Part shown: positions 1 to 12,875 of the stretch, in pieces
How positions within the stretch are numbered: position 1 is the stretch's first letter
How the letters are laid out: every line of letters starts with the position of its first letter
NCBI RefSeq assembly: GCF_000195855.1
Contig: NC_002677.1
Span: 960,001-992,000, forward strand
DNA length: 32,000 nt
From: Mycobacterium leprae TN
Lineage (GTDB): Bacteria; Actinomycetota; Actinomycetes; Mycobacteriales; Mycobacteriaceae
Reading direction: 5' to 3'
Notes under the pieces: model-generated
Seen by the model: the letters and a program-made list of their open reading frames with translations, nothing else
Told to the model about the DNA's origin: nothing
The model's database searches: none
Position numbers and translations under genes: made by a program

Positions 1-116
1 GGCGTCGCTGGTCCACCAGATCAGCGACACCATAGCCGCCATGACGACCGTGATCGTCATGGCGGCTATGGTGTCGGCCTTGGTCCGGCGTTCGGGTCTG
101 ACCATGTGTCAACAGC

Positions 117-1685
117 TCAATTGGCCTGTACAGCCAAGTTTTTGTCGAGACCGTTTTCGGCGACCTCGGTCGGCTTGCGGCGGTGTCGACGACGGCGGAC
201 GTTGGTGGATGGGGAGCCCGACGAGGAGTTCGGCAGCGTCTCCGCGACGACTTTGCCGTTGGTGGCCAGGCTGTCGGCGGACGGGTTATTGGTGGGATGT
301 CCGGTGACGGGTTGGCCACCGCGGATGCGGTGTCGCTGTACGCTATTGCTCGTTCGCGCCGCCTTAGCGGCTTGCGCTGACGTTCCTGACTTATCCCCGT
401 CACGGTCGGTCTTGCGGCGTTTGACTTGCGCCTTGCGCGGCGTGCCGACGGTTCCGCTGGCCTCGGCGGGAATGGCCAACTCGGTGTACAGATGGGGCGA
501 ATTGGAGTATGTCTCGGCCGGATCGGGGGTGCCCAAGCCCAGTGCCTTGTCGATCGTCTCCCAGCGGTGCAACTCATCCCAGTCTACTAGGGTGACCGCG
601 ACCCCGGTGCGGCCGGCACGGCCCGTGCGTCCGATGCGGTGGACGTACATCTTTTCGTCTTCAGGGCACTGGTAGTTGATTACGTGGGTAACGTCGTCGA
701 TGTCAATGCCGCGGGCGGCCACATCGGTGGCGACTAGCACGTCGACATTGCCGGTCCGAAAAGCCTCGAGGGCATTCTCTCGTGCTATCTGTCCGAGGTC
801 GCCATGCACGGCGCCTACCGCGAAACCGCGTTCGTTGAGCTCGTTGGTGACTTTTTGCGCGGTGCGTTTGGTGCGGGTGAAGATCATTGTCGCGCCCCGT
901 CCACGCGCCTGCAGGATTCGGCTGATCAATTCCACCTTGTCCAATGCGTGGGCGCGGTAGACGAATTGCTGGGTGGTGTCGTGCACTGCCAAGGAGTGCG
1001 GTGCCTCGGCCCGGATATGGATGGGTTGGTCCATGAATGTGCGTGCCAGCGTGATGATCGGGTCCGGCATGGTCGCCGAGAAAAGCATCGATTGCCGATC
1101 GGTGGGGATTTGTCCTAAGAGGCGCTCGATATCGGGAAAGAAGCCCAGATCGAGCATCTCGTCGGCCTCGTCGAGTACCAGCACCGACAACCCGCTCAGC
1201 TGCAGGTGGCCCTGCTGGCACAGGTCGAGCAGCCGCCCTGGAGTGCTTACCACGACGTCGGCGCCTGTCTGTAGTGCTTCGATCTGCGGCTCATAAGCCC
1301 GCCCGCCATAAATGGACACCACCGAGAACCGCCGGTTGTCGTCGTCAGCGGTCAGGTATTTTGCCACGGTGGCCAGGTCATCGGCGACTTGTAGACAAAG
1401 CTCCCGAGTCGGTACAACGACCAGCCCTCGGGGTGCGCCGGACAGCGGCCTTGCTGTGGTAGTGACGCTGATGCGCTGTAGTAACGGCACGCCGAAGGCG
1501 AAAGTCTTGCCCATCCCGGTACGGGCCTGGCCGATCACGTCGTCGCCGGCGAGTGCAAGTGGCAAGGTGAGTTCTTGTATAGCAAAAGGTTGCTGAATGC
1601 CTCGTTCGGCTAATGCACGGACTATTTCGTCACGGACTCCAAGTTTTGCGAAGGCCGGTTCAGCTGTACTGGTTGGTGCAGTCAT
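117..1685 (-). CDS. rhlE: DEAD-box ATP-dependent RNA helicase, RhlE-like (Rv3211-like)
   Basis: Open frame with helicase motifs: Q-motif FAIQELTLP, ARTGMGKT (motif I), PTRELC, TPGRLLD, VLDEADEML, SATMP, HRIGRTGRAG. The start is set at MTAPTSTAEP (cat at 1683-1685); the ORF track extends the frame to 1751. Confidence 0.93.
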   Translation of the reverse strand: MTAPTSTAEPAFAKLGVRDEIVRALAERGIQQPFAIQELTLPLALAGDDVIGQARTGMGKTFAFGVPLLQRISVTTTARPLSGAPRGLVVVPTRELCLQVADDLATVAKYLTADDDNRRFSVVSIYGGRAYEPQIEALQTGADVVVSTPGRLLDLCQQGHLQLSGLSVLVLDEADEMLDLGFFPDIERLLGQIPTDRQSMLFSATMPDPIITLARTFMDQPIHIRAEAPHSLAVHDTTQQFVYRAHALDKVELISRILQARGRGATMIFTRTKRTAQKVTNELNERGFAVGAVHGDLGQIARENALEAFRTGNVDVLVATDVAARGIDIDDVTHVINYQCPEDEKMYVHRIGRTGRAGRTGVAVTLVDWDELHRWETIDKALGLGTPDPAETYSNSPHLYTELAIPAEASGTVGTPRKAQVKRRKTDRDGDKSGTSAQAAKAARTSNSVQRHRIRGGQPVTGHPTNNPSADSLATNGKVVAETLPNSSSGSPSTNVRRRRHRRKPTEVAENGLDKNLAVQAN

Positions 1686-1949
1686 ATGTGGGTGAAAAGC
1701 CTTTCGGTGACTGAATCGGTTTTGTGTCGGTGTTTTGCTGTCGCGGTTCACGGGCGCATTTGCTCCGACTCCGAATAGGTCGCCGAGTTGGCGGCTCCAC
1801 GTTCAGTCTATATGGAACTTCAGTCCGGGTAGGACAGCTGTGCACGCACATTTCGCCGGCAGCAGCACAAAAATGCTACTATGTAGACTACATGAGCATG
1901 ATAGCCGGTCACCCAGCGGATGCCATTTTTCTAAACTAGCCGACCAGAG

Positions 1950-2665
1950 TGTTGCTATACACCCGCCTTCATCCGCGGGCCAATTGGCTGATTCGCCGGC
2001 GTTACGGTTGCCGGCGGATCGTTCGGTCGTCAAAGAATTGTTCGCGTTGTTGGCTTATGGGTTTATAGTGGCCGCGTTTTACGTTTTTACCGGCGAGGCT
2101 CGGATGGCTCTGGGCTTGCTGGTACGGATCTCGATGGCGAGCATTGCCGCCGTCGAAATGGGGCATTATGCGTTGCTGCGTGATGCCCTGGAGCTCCGAG
2201 GTGTTGACCGTAGTGTCGGCGATGTCGAAGTACGTGTCGGCGCTGGAAATTACCATTGGCTGACCACGCCGGGCACGTGGCTGGAAGCCTTGGTGAAAGC
2301 CAATGTCGATGATTCCTTAGCCTCCGACTTACTATTTGGTAGATCGCTTGGTGGGTTGCCTGGATGAAGTCGCTGACTTGGTGCGTTTGGTCCTGTTGGA
2401 AACCACGCACTACGCAGTTTCTCGTGGCCAAGGTGCGCACCTGAGGTGACTGCCAGCAGCAAACAGCGCAGCCGGCTGGCATTGTGGGGGCGTCGACTGT
2501 TCGGCGAAACGGTTACCCAGGCGCAGTACCCGCTGGCCGACGGCGATCAGTTCGTTGGCTTGGTGGTGTCCGGTGGCGGTGGTCCGAGCTAGCTCGGCTC
2601 GTTTTTCGATCGTTTGCAGCGGATACTTGACCGCCGAGTGTACGAACTCGGGGGTGTCCCTTCGC
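1950..2665 (+). pseudogene. Ferritin-like tRNA-modifying/hydroxylase-like protein, Rv3210c-like, frameshifted
   Basis: Fragments ELFALLAYGFIVAAFY...EARMA...ISMASIAAVEMGHYALLRDALELRGVD...LTTPGTWLEALVKANV, then in another frame TVTQAQYPLADGDQFVGLVVSGGGG and FDRLQRILDRRVYELG. Several frame changes. Confidence 0.75.
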
Positions 2666-2706
2666 TAGGGCTTCTTCCCGATTGCTCGTGGAGCAAGCTG
2701 GCGAGC

Positions 2707-3294
2707 CTAACGGGTGCAGGTTGCGATGACCGCGTTGTTGGTTGACGCCACGACTGGTTGCCCCTCGGCGTTGACGATTGAGCAGTGGAGTTGACTATGG
2801 AAGCTGGTGGCAACGACCGACTGGGTTTTGACGCCCAGGTTAAGGACTACAGCCTTTGTCCATGGCAGCACCACGTTGAACTCGGTTTTGGGGTAGCCAC
2901 GGGCGTCGGTGTAGACGACAGTTACCAGGTCGAGGAGCTCCTTCATGCCGGTCACGTTGTAAACGACGGTGCGTGGATGTAGCGCTGGTGGCGCAGCTTT
3001 GTGCGGTATCGTGGCGGTTGCTGTGTCTGGGAGTAATAGTAATGGGGGCGTGCTGGACGGGGTCGCCGGTAAAGGGATCGACGGCGTGGTGAGCACCGGG
3101 CGGGGCGTTGGTGCTCCCACTATCGCCTTGGTCGTTGCGTTGTCTCCACTGTTGATGATGACGGCGGTCGCAATGGCGCAGAGTGCCGCCACGCTGCCGA
3201 GGAGTGCGGCGACTTGGCGGCCATCTACGATTGGATGGCCAGAGTAGCTCGTCGTAGTTGTCCGGCGGATAGAGGTTGTCTCCGTTAGTCGCAT
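2707..3294 (-). CDS. Conserved hypothetical Thr/Pro-rich protein with an N-terminal transmembrane segment (Rv3209-like)
   Basis: 195 aa open frame; hydrophobic segment QVAALLGSVAALCAIATAVII followed by a Pro/Thr-rich linker and an MmpS-like C-terminal domain. Position next to the Rv3210c-like and DUF3107 genes matches mycobacterial synteny. Confidence 0.75.
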   Translation of the reverse strand: MRLTETTSIRRTTTTSYSGHPIVDGRQVAALLGSVAALCAIATAVIINSGDNATTKAIVGAPTPRPVLTTPSIPLPATPSSTPPLLLLPDTATATIPHKAAPPALHPRTVVYNVTGMKELLDLVTVVYTDARGYPKTEFNVVLPWTKAVVLNLGVKTQSVVATSFHSQLHCSIVNAEGQPVVASTNNAVIATCTR

Positions 3295-3592
3295 AGCTCT
3301 CGTCGGGATAGTCCCTGAACGCTGCTGTTAAGGCGGTTCATTGTGTTATCGATGGTTCCTATGTTACCGATGTGAATAACCGGTATCTGGCGTCGCGCAG
3401 CGTGTTAGCTTAGCTGGGAGCTAATCGTTATCTGCGGCTAGCTGTCCGTCGAGGCTTGCCGCCAAACGTCGCCGGGGGAGATCCGGTGGGCTCATTTGTA
3501 TTTGTATCCGGACGCGTTGATTCGTCCACTAGCCTGGCTGCTGACACGTTTGCATGGAATCGCAGAGACATACCCACGGAAGGGGCCAATAA

Positions 3593-5726
<2,134 letters not shown>

Positions 5727-5929
5727 CCCCGGTGACTGTACCCGCCGTGGTGTTGGCTGAGCTTCTCGTGGACAGGCTCCAGACCTAGCTCACAATGAAG
5801 CAACGCTGGCGGTCCTGGTGTTATTACACATTGAGCGTCGTTGCCGTTGATGCAGACACCTGCTGTGATGTGTTGTAGACGACATGCCTCAGAAGTTGAA
5901 CTGCGACGCTACCCTAGGAGAGATATTCG

Positions 5930-7117
5930 ATGTCGACATCCTCGACATCACTGCCGCCGCTAGTTGAGCCTGCGGGCCAGCTGAGCCGCGATGAGGTGAT
6001 TCGATACAGCCGCCATTTGATCATTCCGGACATAGGCGTCGATGGGCAGATGCGGCTCAAGAGCGCGCGGGTATTGGTCATCGGTGCGGGCGGGCTGGGC
6101 GCGCCGGTATTGCTGTATCTGGCCGCGGCCGGCGTCGGTACGATCGGCATCATCGATTTCGACGTCGTCGACGAGTCGAACCTGCAACGCCAGATTATTC
6201 ATGGCGTAGCCGATGTTGGACGGTCCAAGGCCCAGTCAGCGCGCGACTCGATTGTCGCAATCAACCCGCTCGTCCAGGTGCGATTGCACGAGTTCAGGCT
6301 GGAGTCGAGTAATGTGGTTAACCTGTTCAAGCAGTACGATCTGATCGTCGATGGCACCGACAACTTCGCGACTCGGTATTTGATCAACGACGCCGCGGTG
6401 CTGGCTAAAAAGCCGTATGTGTGGGGGTCGCTCTACCGCTTCGAAGGCCAGGTCTCAGTGTTTTGGGAGGATGCCCCCGACGGGCTGGGCCTGAACTACC
6501 GCGATCTGTACCTGGAGCCACCGCCCCCTGGCATGGTGCCATCCTGCGCAGAAGGCGGCGTGCTGGGCATCGTCTGTGCCTCTATCGCGTCGGTGATGGG
6601 CACCGAGGCGATCAAACTGATCACCGGGATTGGTGCGCCGCTGCTCGGCCGGTTGATGATCTACAACGCGTTGGAGATGAGCTACCGTAGGATCAGGATC
6701 CACAAGGACCCGTCCAGACCGAAAATCACGGAGCTTACAGATTATCAGCAATTTTGCGGTGTGGTGTCTGACGATGCGGCCCAGGTGGCTACCGGCTCCA
6801 TCGTTACGCCGCGGGAATTGCGCGAGTTGCTGGATTCCGGCAAGAAGCTGGCCTTGATAGATGTTCGTGAACCCGTCGAGTGGGACATCGTGCACATCGA
6901 CGGCGCTCAGCTGATCCCGCGATCGTTGATCAACTCGGGTGAGGGTCTGGCAAAGCTGCCTCAGGACCGCATGTCGGTGCTGTATTGCAAGACGGGCGTG
7001 CGCTCGGCCGAGACGTTGGCCACTGTGAAAAAGGCTGGTTTCTCCGACGCGGTGCACTTGCAGGGTGGAATTGTGGCATGGGCCAAGCAGGTGCAACCCG
7101 ACATGGTGATCTACTAG
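5930..7117 (+). CDS. moeZ: Adenylyltransferase/sulfurtransferase MoeZ (ThiF/MoeB-like plus rhodanese domain)
   Basis: 395 aa; nucleotide-binding GAGGLGAPVLLYLAAAGVGTIGIIDFDVVDESNLQRQI, VDGTDNFATRYLINDA, and C-terminal rhodanese VLYCKTGVRSAETL. Confidence 0.95.
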   Translation: MSTSSTSLPPLVEPAGQLSRDEVIRYSRHLIIPDIGVDGQMRLKSARVLVIGAGGLGAPVLLYLAAAGVGTIGIIDFDVVDESNLQRQIIHGVADVGRSKAQSARDSIVAINPLVQVRLHEFRLESSNVVNLFKQYDLIVDGTDNFATRYLINDAAVLAKKPYVWGSLYRFEGQVSVFWEDAPDGLGLNYRDLYLEPPPPGMVPSCAEGGVLGIVCASIASVMGTEAIKLITGIGAPLLGRLMIYNALEMSYRRIRIHKDPSRPKITELTDYQQFCGVVSDDAAQVATGSIVTPRELRELLDSGKKLALIDVREPVEWDIVHIDGAQLIPRSLINSGEGLAKLPQDRMSVLYCKTGVRSAETLATVKKAGFSDAVHLQGGIVAWAKQVQPDMVIY

Positions 7118-7171
7118 TACGAGATTCGATCTTGGGCTGGTGGTGACGCGCTGTGTTCGGTTTCGCCGCGC

Positions 7172-8065
7172 TTGCGGTCGCCACGGTCGGGCTCTACTAG
7201 GCTGACCCGGGTGACAGTTGAGCCGCCGCCCGAGCATGTGTTGTCGGCGTTCGGTTTGACTGGTGTGCAGCCCGTCCCATTGGGAGCCAGCTGGGAAGGT
7301 GGCTGGCGGTGTGGTGAAGTTGTGTTGTCGATGGTGGCCGACAACGCCCGCGCGGCCTGGTCGGCCCGGGTGCGGGAGACGTTGTTCGTCGACGGTATCC
7401 GCCTGGCCCGACCGGTCCGCTCGACCGACGGTCGGTACGTGGTTTCGTGCTGGCGGGCCAACACATTCGTTGCCGGGACACCGGAGGCTAGACACGATGA
7501 AGTCGTCTCGGCGGCGGTGCGACTGCATGAGGCCACCGGCAAACTCGAGCGTCCTCGATTTCTGACCCAAGGGCCCACGGCGCGTTGGGCGGACGTGGAT
7601 ATTTTCATTGCCGCCGACCGTGCCGCCTGGGAGGGCCGGCCGTTGCAGTCGGTACCCTCCGGGGTGTGGGCCGCACCCATGACGACTGACGGTCAAAGAT
7701 CGGTCGATCTGATCAACCAGCTGGCTGGTCTGCGCAAGCCGACCAGGAGCCCGAACCAGCTGGTGCATGGAGATCTTTACGGAACAATGCTTTTCGTAGG
7801 TACAGCGGCGCCGGGAATTACCGACATCACGCCCTACTGGCGGCCCGCATCGTGGGCTGCGGGTGTTGTTGTCGTGGACGCACTGTCCTGGGGTGAAGCC
7901 GACGATGGGCTTATCGAACGTTGGAACGCGCTGCCGGAATGGCCGCAGATGTTGTTGCGCGCATTGATGTTTCGCCTTGCCGTCCATGCATTGCATCCGC
8001 GGTCGACTGCCGAGGCGTTCCCAGGGTTGGCTCGAACCGCGGCGTTGGTCCGGCTAGTGCTCTAA
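7172..8065 (+). CDS. TIGR02569 family conserved hypothetical protein (Rv3205c-like)
   Basis: 297 aa open frame; PPEHVLSAFGLTGVQPVPLGASWEGGWRCGEVVLSMVADNARAAWSARVRETL... closely resembles the recalled mycobacterial protein. Start codon uncertain. Confidence 0.85.
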   Translation: MRSPRSGSTRLTRVTVEPPPEHVLSAFGLTGVQPVPLGASWEGGWRCGEVVLSMVADNARAAWSARVRETLFVDGIRLARPVRSTDGRYVVSCWRANTFVAGTPEARHDEVVSAAVRLHEATGKLERPRFLTQGPTARWADVDIFIAADRAAWEGRPLQSVPSGVWAAPMTTDGQRSVDLINQLAGLRKPTRSPNQLVHGDLYGTMLFVGTAAPGITDITPYWRPASWAAGVVVVDALSWGEADDGLIERWNALPEWPQMLLRALMFRLAVHALHPRSTAEAFPGLARTAALVRLVL

Positions 8066-8119
8066 GCCGCGGAGCGGCATTTGACATCGACGTTACTGCG
8101 AAGACATCCCGAAGTTCGC

Positions 8120-8450
8120 CTCGGTAAAGTTGATTTGGATGGCGTGCTCGGTTTGGAATTCGTAGCGAGTTTCGCGTAGCGCCACTTTGTTGTCAACAGC
8201 GAGAATCCTTTCGGAGGTGTAGCAGTACTAGTTGTCGGGTGGTTAAATGTCGCGCCGGATGCCTATACGCGGTTATCACCCGGTGCCAGGGCAGGTCGTA
8301 GGAGTCAGTCCGCATGATCTGGCCGGCGATCCGTGGACTGGAAAGTCCTGCGGCAGAGTCGATGTTGTCGTAGGTGGTGAAGCGTCTTGGCGGGATCGCT
8401 GCTATCAGTGAGCGGACCCGCTCGGATTGATCGTCGGTTACCGGAAGCAC
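8120..8450 (-). pseudogene. Alkyltransferase-like (ATL, MGMT-family) protein, Rv3204-like, with 3' frameshift
   Basis: VRSLIAAIPPRRFTTYDNIDSAAGLSSPRIAGQIMRTDSYDLPWHRVITAYRHPARHLTTRQLVLL, then a premature stop. The continuation ERILAVDNKVALRETRYEFQ lies in another frame. PWHRV replaces the PCHRV active site, as in ATL proteins. Confidence 0.72.
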
Positions 8451-8559
8451 GGTCAGTGCGTTTCTAACTACTTGCGGGATCACCGTGGCGATTTTGGCTG
8501 TCCTGGCTGCGGCCACTATGTGACCGCAGTTTAAATCGAGCAGTGAGCAATCGGATCCC

Positions 8560-9150
8560 GATCTTTGTTGGAGCCTTGCGATGAGTTGGTCGCTGCCCTA
8601 GGGTTGCCAGGTTCAGCGTCGCTCGTGTCAGCTTGGTCATCGTTCCCGCAGGCGGGTAGCATGACGTTACGGGCCAACTCGCTCCAGTGTGACATGATCG
8701 CCGGTATGCTTAGGAGCCAGCCATATTGTCCGCTGGTCAGCTTGATTAGGTGTTTGTTGAGTTTGGCGTCGGGCAACGCGGGGTTAACCTTTGCCTAAGA
8801 GTCCATATTTCTCTATGCGCTTGTGTCATCTTCGGGTAGTCGGGGTGGTAAACATCGCCTCAGCGATCTTGCGCATCCACGCTCCGTCTAAGCCGATTGC
8901 CAGGTCGAGGGACAGTAGGGTGGCCACCTGATTCGGATAAGTCGCGGCCAGATGCAACGCTATAAGTGTAGTGTCGTTGAACGAATGGCCGACCAAACAG
9001 TATCGGGGCTCAGCCTCATCTTCGAGTAATGCGCTCAGCGCCGAAACGTTAGTTTTGATGGTCCACGGCGCAGCCCACGATCACCTGCCGTGATCTACCA
9101 GATCCGTTGCGGTAATCTCGGTTTTGGGCACGTATTCAGTCACATGTTGC
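8560..9150 (-). pseudogene. Alpha/beta hydrolase (lipV/Rv3203-like), degenerate
   Basis: Minus-strand fragments YCLVGHSFNDTTLIALHLAATYPNQVATLLSLDLAIGLDGAWMRKIAEAM and KLNKHLIKLTSGQYGWLLSIPAIMSHWSELARNVMLP, in different frames. Confidence 0.75.
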
Positions 9151-9780
9151 CAGCGCTGCCCGTGGCCGTTCAGTCCATGGATAGCTAGCGTTCGTATTGG
9201 GTCGAGCGGACTGTAGCGGTGCACGTGAGGGTCAGTGGTTACCCGTCGACGGTGCCAGTTGGGACAGCGGGTATTCTCGGCTGGGCGGGCGATCGGCGTG
9301 CTGTGTCGGCCGGACTACTCGGTGGGCATCCCATTTGTCGTCTGAAGCAGGGACAACAAAAGCTTGATCGGAGTTACATAGCTTGGTCGTCGAAAGCAAT
9401 GGCTAGGTGCTCTTATAACGCATCGGCTTCAATCATTTCGTTACCAGGGATGGCGCCTTTGATGTCCTTCACGATCGTAACCTTTCCTTAATTAGCTTAA
9501 TCTAAGGACAGCCAGGAATTGGCCTTCGGGAGACCAGCAGTTTGGCGTTGTCGGACAGCAACACTGTGTTGTCGTTTTGCAGCTGCGTGTTTCGGCTTTC
9601 CAGGTACGAGTATCCGACCAATACCAGCCAAGTTGCTAGTTTTGCCGTTGGCCCACTCCCTAGCGCGGGTAGTGAATAGAGTTGGGGGCTACGCTGGGGC
9701 AATGTCGCAGCTATTTGGCGGATGCGAGCGATGCGATACAGCGCATACCTTTGTCAGATCAGCATGATTGCGTGCGGACT

Positions 9781-12700
9781 ATGTCAACACTATACACCTG
9801 GGATGTTGAGGCGCGCGCTGTTCTAGTTCTGGGTGCACGTTGCCTGATCCTGGGCGACCCGGGTACCGGCAAGAGCAGCTTGCTGGTTGACGCTGCGGTT
9901 ATGTCACATTTGGTATCGGTGTTGAACCGGAATCGGTTCTGCTGCTTATTGGTTCTGGCCGGATCGGTATACCGGCGTGCAGCGCGCTGACGACGTCGTT
10001 GCTGCGTTCGCGCACAACTGGACTTTGTCGGGTGGCTGTCCGCGAACCGTTGGTGCGCACTGTGCATGTTACGTCTACGCGGTCTTGCGGCGGGTCGGCG
10101 ATGTGCCGTCGTGCCTAGTAATCAGCGCCGAGCAAGACGCCATCATCCGCGAGCTGCTGGCCGGTGACCTAGCAGACGTAATGCACTCCGCGACGGCATG
10201 GTTGTCCTATCTACGACCCGCTGTAAGCACCGCGGATTTCGCCAGAGAGCTGCGAAACTTCTTGGCGCGCTGCAGCCCAACGCGATGTAGAAGCGCTGGA
10301 GTTGGAGCGACTGGTCCGGCCTTTGTGCTGGCGTCCAGAATGGACCGCTGTCGGCCAATTCGCAAGGTAATATGAGCAAGTCGATGCTGCTGCGACCTGC
10401 GGTCGGAGTGGCAGCACCGCATTCGACGACTCTGGCGCTGGGCGCCGGTTGAACTTGGGGGTGCTGCGTTAGCGGCTTTCACGGTCGATGCTGCGTTGTT
10501 AGCAGCCGAACGTACACCGGATTCGGCTCTTGCTGATCGATGATGCTCAGCAACTTAACCTGCAGGCTGCTCGCCTGGTTCTGGTGCTGGCGGCCAGGAC
10601 GGAGCGGGTACTGATTGCCTGCGACCCCAACCAGGCAGTGTTCAGTTTTCGGAGCGGCGAGCCGGCCAGATTGCTGTCCGATAATCTCCTGCAACCGGGT
10701 GCTGCTTCCCGGTCGGTGACGTTGACCGGGTCGCACCGCTGTGCACCGGCGGCGGTGCGCGCCGTCAACAGCATCGTGTGTCGGCTACCGGGTGGCGTCG
10801 GTGTCAGGCAGATCGATGGCCCTGGGGTCGAGAATGGATCGGTCACGGTATGACTGGCAGCCTCGATTCACGCGGAAACGTAGATAATCGTTGATACGCT
10901 GCGGCGTGCGTATCTAATCGACAGGATGCCGTGGTCGGCCAGATGGCGGTCGTCGTCCGGTCGATGCCGCGAGCCGCCCCGCGGTTTGGCTGCCGCCGGG
11001 GTTTCGGTCACGGTACCTGCTATCAGTGGGCCGTTGTCGGCGGAGCCTGCGGCATGCAGCGTTGCTCACAGTGTTGGCGGCGACGACTGTAGGGCTTGAT
11101 GGCGAACAGGCGTTGTTACTACTGACCGGGCCAATTGGTCGTGTCGACCCAGTCTCGCTCCGGCAACTGCACCGACCGCTGCAGCGCAGGGAACTCTGAT
11201 CGTCGATTGGCGAATTTCGAGATAGCCTCCTGGTGGAGGTGCTGGCCGATTGGGTACCGGTATCGGGGGGTGGTCAGGGCTGGTGCAATGGTGCGTGTCG
11301 TCCTGGATGCGGCCGCAGGCTGTCCTAGGGACGGCGAAGATTCGCGCTACATATTGTGGGCGGCGTGGCATCGGTCTGGTCTGCCACATTGCCTGCTGGC
11401 GGCCAGCGAGCGCGGCGGCCCAGCCGGGGCCCAGGGACCTTGAGACGGTTACCGTGTAATGCGACATTATTGATCATTACGTGTGCCACACGTCAGGTGC
11501 GTCGTTGCGCGAGCTTGCGGAAGATGAAGATGTTGCTGCGCTGCAGTTGCCAACCTGCAGGTGCAAGCCAGTGACGACGGCACAGGTTAGGGTGCTCAGT
11601 ACGCACGCGGCACTGTGACATGAATGGGATTTTATAGTCACGCAGGCATACAGGACGGGTTGTGGCCCAACACGGTTTCGTGTGGTGGTGTGCTGGACAC
11701 TTAATGACTGCTCGACGGTGTCACCGAGGATGTCTCCGTGCGGGCGCTACTCCTGATCGAAGAGCTGCGGCTCTTGGTAGCGGCGATGGGCTACCGCCGG
11801 TTGCTAGTGACTGTCATAGACAGTGGCACCGACGGGCCGGGTCTGGAAGCAGCGTTGCCATCGGCGTTCTTTCTCGAGATCGTTAAATGGGCCGCTGGTG
11901 ACAGTGATCACGAAGTGGCGTAGCTTGTTTCGTACCCATGAGTGCTATGACCAGCGGCGCTGGTGGGCCGATTACACGGCATTTTCTGTGCGCTCGACGG
12001 TATGTTGGACGACGTAGCTCGAGCGTATGCAGCAACTCAATTGGTGCGGTTGGCTAACGCTGGTGTGTCGGGTGCTGACCCAGTCGGATGGCATGATTCC
12101 CGGTCAGCAGTAGTGATCGGTTCCGTGGTGACAACGATCTTGTCATGTTGACGCCGTCAACTCTGCAGACACTCAACGAGTGTTAGCCGCGTTGGCTAGT
12201 CGAATGGCACGGCGGAATCAATGCGCGAGATCTGCTGTCGGCCATCAGCCCGGTGCTGTATGCATTGATCGCTGAACCGGGCAAAAGGGAATCGCAACTG
12301 CTGGCCGAGCTGGACCGGGCCTGGCAGCACCTGCCCTTCGACGCCCGGTGGCATTCGCTCAACGAACTTGCCCGGTATCGCGCAGTGATATAGACGTTTG
12401 TCGAATGGCGTGCCCATATTCGATAAGAACTGACTGATGTCGGCATCGATAGAACGCTTGGTGAGCTGGGCGAGTCTTAGGATCAAGCCGGCGATGTTTG
12501 GCTGCGCGGTCGGGCCGATTGGCTGGAACGCGACGTAGCTGGCCGGCTGGTGATCGCCGATATCAAAATCAGCAAAACGTCGGTAAGTAAGGACGATATG
12601 CAACAACACGCGCAGCTAGCGACGTATAAATTGGCGGTGGCCGAAAGCATGTTTCCAGCTGACCCGTCAGCATGGGGCCCGGCGGTGCTCGCATAGTTTA

Positions 12701-12850
12701 TTTGCAGGATTGGGCCGGCGGTCGCCATCGAACGCGCGCAGGATGCACATAACACCAGCTGACCGTGATCATTGGTGTAACGTTGTTCGGCGGAAGATCA
12801 ATGCGATAACCGTCCCGCAGTTCATCACCCGGCGCAACGCCCGGTTGCGC
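9781..12850 (+). pseudogene. AdnA-like helicase-nuclease subunit (UvrD/Rep-like, Rv3202c-like), heavily degraded
   Basis: MSTLYTWDVEARAVL...CLILGDPGTGKSSLLVDAAVMSHL (Walker A), then LIDDAQQLNLQAARLVLVLAARTERVLIACDPNQAVFSFRSGEPARLLSDNLL (Walker B/motif III), scattered over many frames. Extent matches a ~3.1 kb gene. Confidence 0.8.
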
Positions 12851-12875
12851 ACACTGTGCGATACGGCCGTATTGT

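Noticed and set aside
41-675. 88 aa and 189 aa plus-strand ORFs
   Set aside because: The 189 aa frame is largely antisense to the RhlE-like gene C-terminus; no recognisable protein similarity.
6455-7996. 513 aa open frame on the minus strand
   Set aside because: It lies antisense to moeZ and the Rv3205c-like gene and crosses the gap between them. Composition is Arg/His/Pro-rich with no family resemblance, typical of a shadow ORF in GC-rich DNA.
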